From: Eledone cirrhosa
Taxonomy: Eukaryota
NCBI GenBank assembly: GCA_964016885.1
Contig: OZ024740.1
Coordinates: 414,222,001-414,286,000 of the forward strand
DNA: 64,000 bases
Reading direction: 5' to 3'
Each line of letters opens with the position of its first letter. Within the stretch, counting starts at the first letter, position 1. Shown in pieces: positions 12,145-24,922 of this stretch. Position numbers and translations under genes: made by a program. Below the pieces are notes generated by a model. It was not told where the DNA came from. It did no database searches and worked only from the letters and a program-made list of their open reading frames with translations.

Positions 12145-12892
12145 TGTAATGGAATATTATATGTGGTTGTAACGATAAGTGGATGGATGTAACTGTTGGT
12201 ATGGTGGTTTCGATGTAAAGAAAAATACCAGGATTGTGTTGTTACAAAGTTTATTTTATTATAACAATATTCAATTTGAATATTGAATGATAAAATCAAT
12301 AACACAAAATATTCATACAATAATTTGGTGGCTCTTCGAGCCACGTAAATTCAAGTATCACAGAATACGATTATAATATAATTTTTACTGTATCAGAAAG
12401 ATACAATATGTATAAACAGAAATGGTGCGTGTAAAAATACTAACAGAGTGAACTCACTATGAATGCGTGTGTGCGTATCAGTATATTTGCTTGTTTGTAT
12501 TGCAGTGGGAGTCAGCGATCAGCCAGGAAGGTGAGAATAAGTGGCAGACTGGTTTTTCGTGACTAGAGCTTGTAAATGCGACTTCTCTTGTCTGTATATC
12601 ACTTCTTTTCTCCGGGGCGTAAACAACCCCTGTATTTATAAGAGTTGAAGTTAGAAGGATAGCTATATCCTCTGAACTTTGGTTAGTCTCCCAAGGGATT
12701 AGTTTGCCAAGCGTAAACAAGTCAGAAAGATGGATATATCCTCTGACTTATTTTCTGTCAGGCGTAAACACCTCTAACCTGTGTTTAGCCTCTCCCAAGG
12801 GGTTAGTCTCTTGAGCGTAAACAACTTACCACTGCTTGTCCCAGAGGCGGGAAAGCTCAGATTCGGTTTCGACTCTTTGCCGCCGTTATACA
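12145..12892 (-). repeat. Putative 5' LTR of the Gypsy element
   Basis: Ends in TACA just before the PBS. The outer boundary (TGTATAACGGCGG on the minus strand) is a guess because no second LTR is present. Confidence 0.5.
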
Positions 12893-13258
12893 TTCATAAT
12901 TGCACGAGAATTTAATACATATTTTTATACTATCTAGAACAAATTAGTATATATATAATTGACATTTAGAGATATATGTATATTAGAGAAAGAGCCATAT
13001 ATCGTTTGAGAAACACACAGTATTTTGTACACACACAAAGTACATAATATTTAGGAAAAATACGTACTTCAAAGTTGAAAACGTTCTTGATGGTACCATT
13101 TTATGATTCTAGGAACTATAACATAAATCGCCTATGGAATACTCTTGTGGCTTCTGGCTTTCCTGACCACTACAATTTGCAAAAATCGTCATCATCTCTC
13201 ACCTTAAGTTATGTTCCCTGTGGCTTATCATCTTCCCTTCTCAAAAACTCTTTCTCAC

Positions 13259-13297
<39 letters not shown>

Positions 13298-14102
13298 AAC
13301 ACACACACACATATATATATACATATATACATATATGTATATATAGTCTTTTTTTTTCAGCCACCCTCTTCTGGTATCAGCGTTTCTCGCTGATAACTTG
13401 CAATTCTTGTTTGTGGATGATCAGCTTGTATTGAAGAGTTATGGTTGTACTGTCGCCAAACATTGTTTCTATTTTACTTTTCACTCTTTGTTGGTGATTA
13501 CTGTAGATTTTGTTTTTGTTTTTTGTTTTTATTTTTGCATATGGAGAGCATTGTTACATATTCTGTAGTTTTCCGTAGGTCAGCAATCTTTTTTTTCTAT
13601 TTTTGTATTATATAATGGCATTTTTATGATATTTTGTCATTACTAACAACTCTGTTATCAACAAGATAATGTTTCATTGTCATTGCCAGGGCATATAAAC
13701 AGACGCTATTTACCAAAATGTTGCGGCTTCCATTTGTCCTAAATATTCGCACCCAATTTCATCAATAACATTGATGAGGAAAATATATATAGATGAATTA
13801 ATTTCTCTCTGGATAGTTTCGCTGGGGGTATATTTCAATTCTTTATATTCATGTTTTTGCCAGCTAATATCAGACGTTCTGTTATTGACAGAGTTTTCCA
13901 TTGCAGTCGAAGTAGAATCTGTTGATACACTTGGTGACAAATTTCTTACTGGCGTGGTTGTTTCAAGGTACTGTTTGTGTACTCTTTGTGTAATGGTGTT
14001 GTATGTTGATGGTCGTCAGCCTGGCCGCTGGAAAGTCTACGAGCATGGCGGACAGTAGCACGTGTTGGTGATTGCATGTTCGATCTGAGGGACTTACAAT
14101 GA

Positions 14103-14293
14103 ATAATTGTTTCTACTTTTGGCACAAGGCCAGCAATTACCCAGTGCATTACTGGTACTTTATTTTATCACCCCCGTAAGGATGAAAAGGAAAGTTAACC
14201 TCGGCGGGATTTGAACTCAGAACGGCAAGGGCCGTAACTCTATGTGTCAAAGCATGGTGTCCGACCCTCTACCGATACTGCCAATCCACCGCC
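14103..14293 (-). mobile_element. SINE, same family as 6698-6887
   Basis: Full-length match; 15-bp TSD CTTACAATGAATAAT at 14093-14107 and 14294-14308. Confidence 0.88.
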
Positions 14294-15806
14294 CTTACAA
14301 TGAATAATGTTATTTACGTTCAACAAACGTTACTTGTTGGCGTAATTGTTTGGCTGTGAAGTGATTTAGTTCTGGATTCATTATGTCCTAGTATAGCTTC
14401 ATTCTGTTCATATAGCCAACAGAGGGATGATTTTTTTTTCGATTCTATAACAATTAAATAAATCATTATAATGTTTGTGGCTCCAAGAGAAATACGATTT
14501 ATAATTTCGGTTCCTTATGTAGCTACAACTAAAGACATTTTGTATATCTTTCTTGGTGTGGTTTTTCATCGGTTGTTCACTAATTTTGTTGATGTGGTGT
14601 TCATTATGAAGCTTCTAGAATCCTTGTCAAATGAATTTAGTATTTAGTCGGATATCTCTAAATATTCATATAAAATGTATCTTCAGTGGATATAGTTAGA
14701 AGAATATTCAGTTATGCAACACGACTCGTATTTGAGGCATTACTGTCGGAGATAGTATTCATCTTAAATTTAATGAATAGTTTCCCACGCCAATATGTAC
14801 GATTGCTCGCGTTGATGTATGTATGTATGCATGTATGTGTGTATGTATGTATATATGTATGTATGTATATATGCACACTGCAATCCTGGATGTTCTCATG
14901 TTTAACCTTTATTATTAATGGTTGTTCGTAGTTCCTTCGTGTCTAATTTGAAACAATAAAGTTTTTAGGTTCATCAATGTTTCTAGACCTTCTCTGTTTT
15001 ATCTTCTGGACCAGTGGTTGCTAATGGTGGTTTTTATTGCCACGTTTGCATAACGGCAGCAAGCAGCATTATGTCGTTATTAATGTTACCTTCATCACTG
15101 AATATAAAATGTTAACTGTTACCTCTAAATTACTTTCCTGTGTAGGAAATTGCTCTTAGTTTATTACTATAAGGCAGTATATGTGTGTTAAATGTTAGTT
15201 TTTACTTTGATATTAATAAAACTATGATAGCTATTCTTCTCATTTTCTTTTTTAGGAAATTCTGTAAAGGATGTTTGACCAAGCATCTACAAGTAGGATC
15301 CATTGCAGCATATTATACTACAAAACAAAGCAAGGTAGAAAAATATAAGTGTATAACGCAATAATCTTGTATAGAATTCTAGAAAAAATAATTAGAATAA
15401 TAGGAAAATGCGCACCGAAGATTTATTGGTCCAAGTTAAGCATATAAAATTAATAAGAATATACGAAAAAAATCCTTCATCAAATAGATCAAACTTAAGT
15501 GAAGACTTCTTATCAATACATAAAATAACCGAAAACATGGCGGTTCACGATACAAACAGAGAGAGAAAACATGACTCAAACCACATGTATTAAGTCTTCT
15601 TTTCGTCTTCCACTAACAAACTAGAATATTTAGCGATATATATGCGTAGCATATATATCTTCTATAGCATCAAATTGACATATACTAACTGACCATAACT
15701 GCGGAAAACCGTCGTATATATATATATGTGTGTGTGTGTATATATATATATATGTGTTGTGTTGTGTTGTGTTGTGTTGTGTTGTGTTGTGTTGTGTTGT
15801 GTTGTG

Positions 15807-15852
<46 letters not shown>

Positions 15853-16593
15853 GGTTTTGCCTACCACAATGTTCAATTTGTCAAGCTATTTAAACGTATG
15901 TTATTACTCTAAGGACCTACCCTTATTGAGTGCTTTGTTAACTCATTCATATCGTAGGTCGACTTTGCTTGCCCACGGCCAAAGCTTCGATTTTACTAAG
16001 CTTCCACTTATATATATATATAAATATACAAAAAAAATAAAAAGTTTATTGGCTGACCGTTTACTCTCCTGAGTTCCTCCACCTTTTGACAGGTTTTTGT
16101 TTTTCATCCCACAGGGTGTCCAGATTCACCCTCCTCACCAAGTAAGCTTAGTGGGGTTGCTCTTTTAGTCACCGACATTTGTTTTTGTGGTGCGAGAAAC
16201 TCCTAGTCTCCATAAGAAATCTCTCTCGTAGAAGGTAATTCTGATATAATACCTACGACTTCATTTGCACCCATGTTCAGAGAATGGGATTTTCCCCGTG
16301 CAGCCTTTTCTAACTTAAAAAAGCTTCAAGCAAAGGCATCGCTTGATATGTGACATTTTGGGGGATGCATAGTATTGCTGGGCATGGGCAAGTCCCTAGC
16401 AGGAATAAAAAGCCACGTCTGTGATGCTCATGCTTATGTATCATGTGATGGCATGACTCGAAATCGAGTTAGAGCCAGCCATCACAGACCCATACACGCA
16501 CACACGCACACACACACACACACATACACACACATATATATATATATATACATACATACATATATATATGTATGTATGTATATATATGTATAT

Positions 16594-16652
16594 AAGATCC
16601 CGTTAAGAGTGAAAGCAGCGATTCTTTGCTTAAACTTTAACCTGTTATTTTA

Positions 16653-16660
<8 letters not shown>
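16594..16660 (+). repeat. Solo fragment of the PLE-1 pLTR (3' part of the family A ribozyme)
   Basis: AAGATCCCGTTAAGAGTGAAAGCAGCGATTCTTTGCTTAAACTTTAA matches 4355-4415; embedded in (TA)n. Confidence 0.85.
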
Positions 16661-16687
<27 letters not shown>

Positions 16688-16712
16688 TGTAATAAACAAC
16701 ATAAGGCAATTA

Positions 16713-16773
16713 TTTCATTTACCAGTGGTTTCTTGAAAGCAAACAAATTTTGCTTTCAATCATCAAAATGAAA
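16713..16773 (-). ncRNA. Type I hammerhead, family C, mirror copy
   Basis: Left arm of the palindrome. Confidence 0.75.
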
Positions 16774-16857
16774 AAAATCCTGGTGTATTTATTGACATTG
16801 GATTTTAAAAAACCTAGGTTTTTTAAAATCCAATGTCAATAAATACACCAGGATTTT

Positions 16858-16918
16858 TTTCATTTTGATGATTGAAAGCAAAATTTGTTTGCTTTCAAGA
16901 AACCACTGGTAAATGAAA
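16858..16918 (+). ncRNA. Type I hammerhead, family C (C3U core)
   Basis: TTTCATT|TTGATGA|TTGAAAGCAAA atttg TTTGCTTTCAA|GAAA|CCACTGG|TA|AATGAAA: 7-bp stem I, 11-bp stem II, quasi-palindromic stem III, GUA triplet. Confidence 0.75.
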
Positions 16919-17189
16919 TACATGCTATGTGGTAAAGTCAGAGTTTCAAGAGTTTGACAAAATGAGATGTTTTGATTGGTGAGAAGGATCAAGGCGTGGA
17001 CTCGCCTGTAGTGTATATGGGGGTGGGTGTGATGGTGAGATGTTGGTGACGGTCTGTGGATGAGGTGGGCTATGGTGTGGTGGTGGTGGGTTGGCCTTGG
17101 CGTGTAGAGTATGTGGGGGTGGATGTGAAGATATGGTGGTGGTTAAGGTTATTTAGTTGGATGGGCTGTGGTGTGAGGTTAGTGGATTG

Positions 17190-19010
17190 TCAGTAGACGG
17201 GTTGGCGTGTGGGTGGGGATGTGGTAGTGGTGCGTTTTCGTATTTTTGCCCTATTATTGTGTGCTATTGTGTGGCCTAGGTTTGGTGCTGTGGAGAAAGA
17301 GAATTTTACTGTGTGTTTATTGAAGAGCTTGTGGTATTTGTGTGTGTGTGGAAAAGATTGTTCGAGGGCCCTGAAAAAGGTTCCCGGTATGTTAGTGGCG
17401 ACGTGTATAGAATAGGGAGGGGGGTTATACCACGTGACAGGTCTACTTCGGTTTATGCGTTGTTTAGTGAGTTTGTGTGTGTTTTGGTCAGGCGTCTGTT
17501 TCAAATAAGTTCCAGGTAATCTATTGGCGTTATGTTCCTTGTCTCTATCGGTACGCAAACGTGTGCGATAGTCGGAGTTGTTATTTGGGGCTGGAGAGTA
17601 TGGCTTTATCTCCTAGACAGTTATGTGTGGTGCTGTCTACGCTGCCGGCTAGGGGGCGTCTAAGGTTATTGTGTGTCCTATGTGTTGAGGTTTCTTCTAA
17701 GTTCGTTTCTAAGGGTCCTGCTATGTTTAGCTGTGTTGCGGTTCTATTAGGGTTGATGTAAGAAATCTTCTCAGTGTAACCAGCGTTTATAAGTGCGGAG
17801 TCATAGTATTCCGCGTGCTGCTTGAAGATGTTTTCGTTGGCCGACAGTGTGGACACTCTGTTGGAGACACTTTTAACTATAGAGTTAATTATGCTCTTAG
17901 GGTGGTTGGAGTGTCTATTGACGTATCTAAGATTTTCATTAGGTTTGTGGTATGGACGGTAGAGGCCTGAGTCTAATTCTAGGGTGACGTCTAAGAAGTT
18001 AACTGTCCTATTGTTGGGTTCAATTTCTACTGCTAAACCTTGGGTCTTAAAGATGTACCTAAGTCGTTTGTGTATTCTATTCAGTTGGCTGTTATTGAGT
18101 CCACGGGTCATTAGTAGGGCATCATCCCGGTATAAGCCACCGCCCAAGGAGGGGATCTCGTCCGTTAATATGTTTAGGAGGTATATGCCTACTACATCTG
18201 TAACCTGTGCCGAGTCAGTCGATCCCATGGTGATGTCGAAGCTATCTGGTCTATTCTGTCGTTCCCAAAGTCTACCGTCGAATTCTAGTAAAGTTTTCCT
18301 AGCTGTTATTATTATGTCTATTTCTCTTCTAGTGAGGCTTGATCTGTTCATGGCTGAGATCAGTGCCTTGTTAAAGATGATTGGGGATATAGATGCGTAG
18401 TAGTTCGTAATGTCCAATTGGACTAATCGAACATTCGACTTAGTTTCAATGGCACAAAACCAGTCTATTACCTCCTTTGTACAAGACCATAGGCTGAGTT
18501 TAGTTCTAATCTTAAGTTCAGGTAATATTCGGTCAATGATTGATTTGCTAAGTCTACCAAGGTCCGATTTGGAGGGGGCTATGAGCCTGACCGGTAGTTT
18601 TGACTGGAAGTCCGGTTTATGGTCTTTAATGGATATTCTCGGTGTCCTAGGGTTGTAAGGAAAGGTCCTGTCGTCAATACTCAGTTCGGTCATTATTGAT
18701 TTCGCCTGTTTATTTATGTGTGCTAGGTTTTCTCGTGTTGATGTTTTGTATATTTTAGAGATTTCGTTTGTAATGCATTTGTTGTAGGTTTTGTACTCTA
18801 AGTTATATAGGTTTCTAGTTTTATCCGCAGGTACAATAATCCCAGTGCTATTCTTGATCCTTTTTAAGGTAGAGGCGAGTCCGGACAGGAAAGCACTTCT
18901 GTCAGGGTTTCGCGGTGGTTTCCTGAATCTAATTTTCCGGATCATGGTAATGATCCTGCTCTCAAATTTCTCAAGGAGTGGGTTGTGTGGTGGGTTTTTC
19001 GTTGATTTGA
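17190..19010 (-). pseudogene. PLE reverse transcriptase (paralog of the PLE-1 RT), frameshifted
   Basis: ADKTRN, SIKDHK, LDITNYYASI, FDITMGSTD, LYRDD, FLDVTL, HSNHP; second frame WYNPPPYS..HKYHKLFNKHTVKFSFS; upstream FKSTKNPPHNPLLEKFE matches PLE-1. Confidence 0.9.
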
Positions 19011-20382
19011 AAAGTCTTGTGGTCTATGTGGTTGGTGGGATTGTTAATTGATCCCGGGGCCTTCCTGTTGTTGTAGTGGTAGGCCGTACGTCCATAAACG
19101 CTTTTCCCCCGCGTTCCCTATGTCACCTTTTAACCGGTATTCGATCCGGTATATATATTTTTGTCCCTCACAACTCCACCACCACCACCACCACAAAACA
19201 CAACTCCATACTTCATCAACACCGACAAAACACCTCCACTCCCCAACCAACAATAGTGTGCGTGTCTGTGTGTAAGTATTTTACTCATACGGGCGTTTTA
19301 AGTGTGCGTGCGTGTACGCAAATTTATCTGTATGTGTGTGTGTGTGTATGTGAACACATGTATATACATATGTCTATGTGTGTGTATATATATATCTGTA
19401 TGTATATATATGTGTATGTGTATGCATATGTGTATGTGTGTGTATATATGTGTGTGTATGTGTACGTCTACATATATGTATATGGGTAAATCTGACTGTA
19501 TGTGTAGGTGAGCTCATATATGTGCATGTATGTGTATATGTGCGTGTATGTGTGTGTTGTCGGTACATGTGTGTGTATATATATATGTGTGAGTATACGT
19601 GTGTGCGAGTGTGTATGTGTATATCTTGCATACATGAGTGTGAGTCCATGTGCCCATACCCATGTGTATGTATGTGTATGTATATATGTAAAACACCTTC
19701 TACATCGCCTCTCACCTTCCCCCCATCTCTGTCGTTCGCCACCCCCACCAATACTCCCCACTCTCCATATTCATGTCCGCATGCACATACATGTGTGTAC
19801 ATATACATATGGCTGTGTGTGAGCGTATGCCGATATGTGTGAGCAAGGATGTGCGTATGTGTCTTATGTTGTGTGTGTTTATACAACAATATATGTGCAC
19901 ATATATACATATATGTGTGTGCGTATACGTATATGCAAGGTATCTGTCAGACGAAGAGCGTCTAACTATGTATCTATGTAAGGACCTGACGCCACCAATA
20001 CATCCACCACACCACCAAAAGCGCCGCTACCATAGACAAAGGCACCACTACCACACCCCCACCCACACGCCAACCCGTCTACTGACAATCCACTAACCTC
20101 ACACCACAGCCCATCCAACTAAATAACCTTAACCACCACCATATCTTCACATCCACCCCCACATCCTCTACACGCCAAGGCCAACCCACCACCACCACAC
20201 CATAGCCCACTTCATCCACAGACCGTCACCAACATCTCACCATCACACCCACCCCCATATACACTACAGGCGAGTACATCGCCTTGATCCTTCTCACCAA
20301 TCAAAACATCTCATTTTGTCAAACTCTTGAAACTCTGACTTTACCACATAGCATGTATTTCATTTTCTTATAGCATTTAAGA

Positions 20383-20469
20383 GGGTCCGTCGAGCTGCCG
20401 ATTATTGAGTCGGGTAGGGTCGCTATAGATCGAACCTTGAGCTGATCAGTGGGGAAACGCGCGTCACCT
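20383..20469 (+). ncRNA. Decayed hammerhead motif (likely the PLE-2 pLTR)
   Basis: GGGT|CCGTCGA|..long stem II..|GAAA|CGCGCG|TC|ACCT followed by AATAAA; palindromic stem III intact, two core substitutions. Confidence 0.5.
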
Positions 20470-20510
20470 ATCAATAAATGCAATGAAGGAATAATCAATC
20501 GTCCTTTTTA

Positions 20511-20638
<128 letters not shown>

Positions 20639-20708
20639 ATATATATATATATATAAATATATATTAAGAGAGTAAAACAAAGAATCCTTTAATACATCAA
20701 AAGTTTTT

Positions 20709-20753
20709 ATTAGCCGACAATGTTTCGTCCTATTGAGGACTCATCAGGGCAAT
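20709..20753 (-). ncRNA. Minimal type I hammerhead, family D, inverted copy
   Basis: Same as 21786-21830; the only difference is in loop II (caat). Confidence 0.9.
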
Positions 20754-21363
20754 CAAAACAACAAGAGGTAATATCGGCAGATACAAGCCACTCATCCACA
20801 CATGTCTGTCTACTAACCTTGTAATTATAAGTATTAATATATTTTATGCCAATTTTAAAATATATTACATTATGATATAGATCCTTATTACTTACCGTTC
20901 ATTATATATAACATTATGATATTTAAACTTTATATATCATGTAAGATGTCTGGATTTTTTTTTTATATTTTAATATTGTAATATGTAACATTATGATATT
21001 TAGACTTTACATATCATGTTAGATGTCTGTATATTTTTTTCTGTAACATCATATTTTTTCTGTAACATCATAATTTTTCCCTGTACCATTATAGTTTTTT
21101 TGAGTATTATATGATTTATATTTCCTCATTTATTATGTAACCCAGTATGAATCATTTTGTATATATTGTTTATGGTACTTGTTAATATAATGTTAACATT
21201 TTATCATTGTATTTCATTGTGACATCTATATTGTTTCTGTAAATTAACCGGGGATTATCTATTCTACTTTATTATATTGTATTGAATTATATAATTTTGT
21301 TGTTTATTATTTGTTATAAGTGTTTCTTGTAATTATATCATATTATTGCCTCATGTATATTGT

Positions 21364-21452
<89 letters not shown>

Positions 21453-21785
21453 ACATATATACATGTATATATTGTACCTTTTGATTTTTAATTTGGAATT
21501 TTAATGTTGGTATAAATATATTATTATTATAATGTATTATATTGTGTTATATATAATTCCTGCTCTATATAACCAAATTTGTTTAGATTTAGGTTGGTGG
21601 CTTTGGACTATATTTGTAATATGGTTCTTAATGTTATCTACATCCTTAGTTATTATAATTTTATTATTTTTATCTTTATTTTCATTTTTATTATCGTATA
21701 TCTTTGCAAGACATTAGTGTATGTACACTCCATATTCTTCAGAGTTTCTGGCTTGTATCTGCCAATATTACCTCTTGTTGTTTTG

Positions 21786-21830
21786 ATTGCCCTGATGAGT
21801 CCTTAATAGGACGAAACATTGTCGGCTAAT
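21786..21830 (+). ncRNA. Minimal type I hammerhead, family D (canonical core)
   Basis: ATTGCC|CTGATGA|GTCCT taat AGGAC|GAAA|CATTG|TC|GGCtAAT; GUC triplet; overlaps AATAAA. Confidence 0.9.
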
Positions 21831-21976
21831 AAAAACTTTTGATGTATTAAAGGATTCTTTGTTTTACTCTCTTAATTTTTTGGCTCTGTTTAACTGCATT
21901 GAGCTATACCTTTTACTGTCATTTCTATAATACGAAGAGGGTGTTTGACTCAAACACGCTCCAGTATTCTAATCCT

Positions 21977-22010
<34 letters not shown>

Positions 22011-22276
22011 AACGGAAAAAATGAAACGATATTTCATTTCCCACTCTTAGTACGGCTGTTACTTAAATATAAGTATGTACACGTACATACATATATGTAT
22101 ACCGACGTACAGTAGTATGTATATATATATATACATACATGCACACATATATATATGCACGTATGGATTCACCGAACATTTATTATAATGCTCGGTGTGT
22201 TTGTAAACAAACATCCCGTATTAAGCCGTAGTGTCTAGCAACCACCGTTGCTCGTTTGTTTAACACTGACAAAGGA

Positions 22277-22319
22277 ACGCTGTACTCGTTTCAAGCTTGT
22301 TAGCCATCGTCAGCAACGT
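22277..22319 (-). ncRNA. Hammerhead, family E, inverted copy
   Basis: ACGTTG|CTGACGA|TGGCT aaca AGCTT|GAAA|CGAG|TA|CAGCGT; two of the three changes give G-U wobbles. Confidence 0.8.
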
Positions 22320-22570
22320 ATACCTTCCTGCCAGATTGTTGAACGTATATACTGTTGAACGTATATATTGTTGAACGTATATACTTACCTTATGCATATT
22401 AACGGCTGAGTAGCCCGATATGCATATCGAGTGGGTTAATCGGCCGGGTGCACCGTTTATCGTTTTCGGTGCACCCGGCCGATTAACCCACTCGATATGC
22501 ATATTGGGCTACTCAGCCGTTAATATGCATAAGGTAAGTATATACGTTCAACAATCTGGCAGGAAGGTAT

Positions 22571-22613
22571 ACGCTGCTGACGATAGCTAACAAGCTTGAA
22601 ACTAGTACAGCGT
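22571..22613 (+). ncRNA. Minimal type I hammerhead, family E
   Basis: ACGCTG|CTGACGA|T AGCT aaca AGCT T|GAAA|CTAG|TA|CAGCGT; 6-bp stem I, palindromic ACTAGT stem III. Confidence 0.88.
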
Positions 22614-22842
22614 TCCTTTGTCAGTGTTGAACAAACGAGCAACGGTGGTTGCTAGACACTACGGCTTAATACGGGATGTTTGTTTACAAACACACCGAGC
22701 ATTATAATAAATGTTCGGTGAATCCATACGTGCATATATATATATGTGTGCATGTATGTATATATATATATACATACTACTGTACGTCGGTATACATATA
22801 TGTATGTACGTGTACATACTTATATATATATATATATATATA

Positions 22843-22959
<117 letters not shown>

Positions 22960-23152
22960 TCAGGTTTGAGGTTCACCACTGTATAGAGCTGGTCTATTCC
23001 GTATGGTCAATCGTAATGAAATAATATAGAGAGTACTCAACGTAAAGCAGTTCAACCGTCTTTGTTTTTGTAGTTGTGGTGCTATTACGGAGTTAAATAT
23101 TATAATGAAATGACAGGAGGCTGGATTTGTGTAAATCCTTGAAAGGTTTATT

Positions 23153-23210
23153 ATACTATGATCATTTCAATGACCGGGTTCCGTATGAATCCGGTGATAT
23201 CATCAGGTAT
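23153..23210 (-). ncRNA. Hammerhead, family F, inverted copy
   Basis: Mirror of 23376-23433; one difference in loop II. Confidence 0.82.
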
Positions 23211-23375
23211 TCGAAATATAATACGTGAATGTAATAGATAAAATCCATGGGGCTGAAAATCGAGGACCCGAGGGCGACCGCTATCTTGCACCCTCTACCT
23301 TAGCCGGTCGCCCTCGAGGGTCCTCGATTTTAGCCCCATGGATTTTATCTATTACATTCACGTATTATATTTCGA

Positions 23376-23433
23376 ATACCTGATGATATCACCGGATTTA
23401 TACGGAACCCGGTCATTGAAATGATCATAGTAT
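23376..23433 (+). ncRNA. Minimal type I hammerhead, family F
   Basis: ATAC|CTGATGA|TATC ACCGG..CCGGT CATT|GAAA|TGATCA|TA|GTAT; palindromic ATGATCAT stem III; overlaps AATAAA. Confidence 0.82.
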
Positions 23434-23483
23434 AATAAACCTTTCAAGGATTTACACAAATCCAGCCTCCTGTCATTTCATTA

Positions 23484-24354
<871 letters not shown>

Positions 24355-24358
<4 letters not shown>

Positions 24359-24432
24359 AGAAAAATGAAACGAAATTTCATTACATACTACTGTACGTCT
24401 GTATACATATATGTATGTACTTATACATACTT
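24355..24432. repeat. Rearranged fragment of the family E unit
   Basis: AAAAATGAAACGAAATTTCATT (inverted orientation) joined to TACATACTACTGTACGTC; matches pieces of 22011-22040 and 22770-22822. Confidence 0.7.
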
Positions 24433-24587
24433 TATATATATATATATAAGTGTAAGTGAAATATGTTAAAGTTGGCTTCGTTTAACATGTTTGACTTACA
24501 CTTATTATTTTACATTACTCCGGAGTGAACAAACCAACCTGCGCACATCATTGAGTGCTCCTTCCTGCATACTGAGGTGTCGATAAA

Positions 24588-24787
24588 NNNNNNNNNNNNN
24601 NNNNNNNNNNNNNNNNNNNNNNNNNNNNNNNNNNNNNNNNNNNNNNNNNNNNNNNNNNNNNNNNNNNNNNNNNNNNNNNNNNNNNNNNNNNNNNNNNNNN
24701 NNNNNNNNNNNNNNNNNNNNNNNNNNNNNNNNNNNNNNNNNNNNNNNNNNNNNNNNNNNNNNNNNNNNNNNNNNNNNNNNNNNNNNN
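24588..24787. other. Assembly gap (200 N)
   Basis: Run of n. Confidence 1.
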
Positions 24788-24859
24788 ACCTCATCTCATA
24801 ACAATCATATACTGGGTGATGATCGGATATCATTTCTGTGGGTGAAATGATCGATTAAA

Positions 24860-24922
24860 TCCATGAAGGTGATGCCCCAGCATAGCCGCATACAAATGAC
24901 TGAAGCCAATACAAATATAAAG
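24860..24922 (+). mobile_element. SINE 3' fragment
   Basis: GAAGGTGATGCCCCAGCATAGCCGCA..AATGACTGAA resembles a common cephalopod SINE tail (recognised from memory only). Confidence 0.4.

Larger units (their letters stand above)
8500..12892 (-). mobile_element. Decayed Ty3/Gypsy LTR retrotransposon (5' LTR, PBS, gag, pol; no 3' LTR seen)
   Basis: Domain order gag-RT-RNase H-integrase; PBS next to a TG..CA-bounded upstream region. Confidence 0.92.
16711..16920. repeat. Perfect 210-bp palindrome with no spacer, centred on CCTAGG
   Basis: 16711-16815 is the reverse complement of 16816-16920. Confidence 0.95.
16911..20510 (-). mobile_element. PLE-2: RT-encoding element with ~320-bp inverted repeats and no detectable endonuclease
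   Basis: 16911-17233 is the reverse complement of ~20042-20365; RT ORF lies between; decayed HHR at 20383-20469. Confidence 0.85.
20664..21978 (+). mobile_element. Non-coding AT-rich element with ~125-bp inverted repeats carrying hammerheads (PLE-derived)
   Basis: ~20664-20790 is the reverse complement of ~21749-21875; the interior has no credible ORF; (TA)n flanks. Confidence 0.8.
22009..22822. mobile_element. Palindromic copy of the ~431-nt HHR-bearing non-coding unit (family E)
   Basis: Arms ~22058-22455 and 22467-22822 with an 11-nt spacer; homologous to 36215-36886; (TA)n flanks. Confidence 0.88.

Noticed and set aside
19250-19940. Overlapping Cys/Val/Tyr/His-rich ORFs (and similar ones at 22676, 38114, 40003)
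   Set aside because: Translations of (TG)n/(TA)n microsatellites.
20355-20368. PLE-2 inverted repeat ends within 1 nt of the family C ribozyme cleavage site
   Set aside because: Better explained by the 10-nt microhomology joining two different elements; the true family C tail is seen at 16683-16711.
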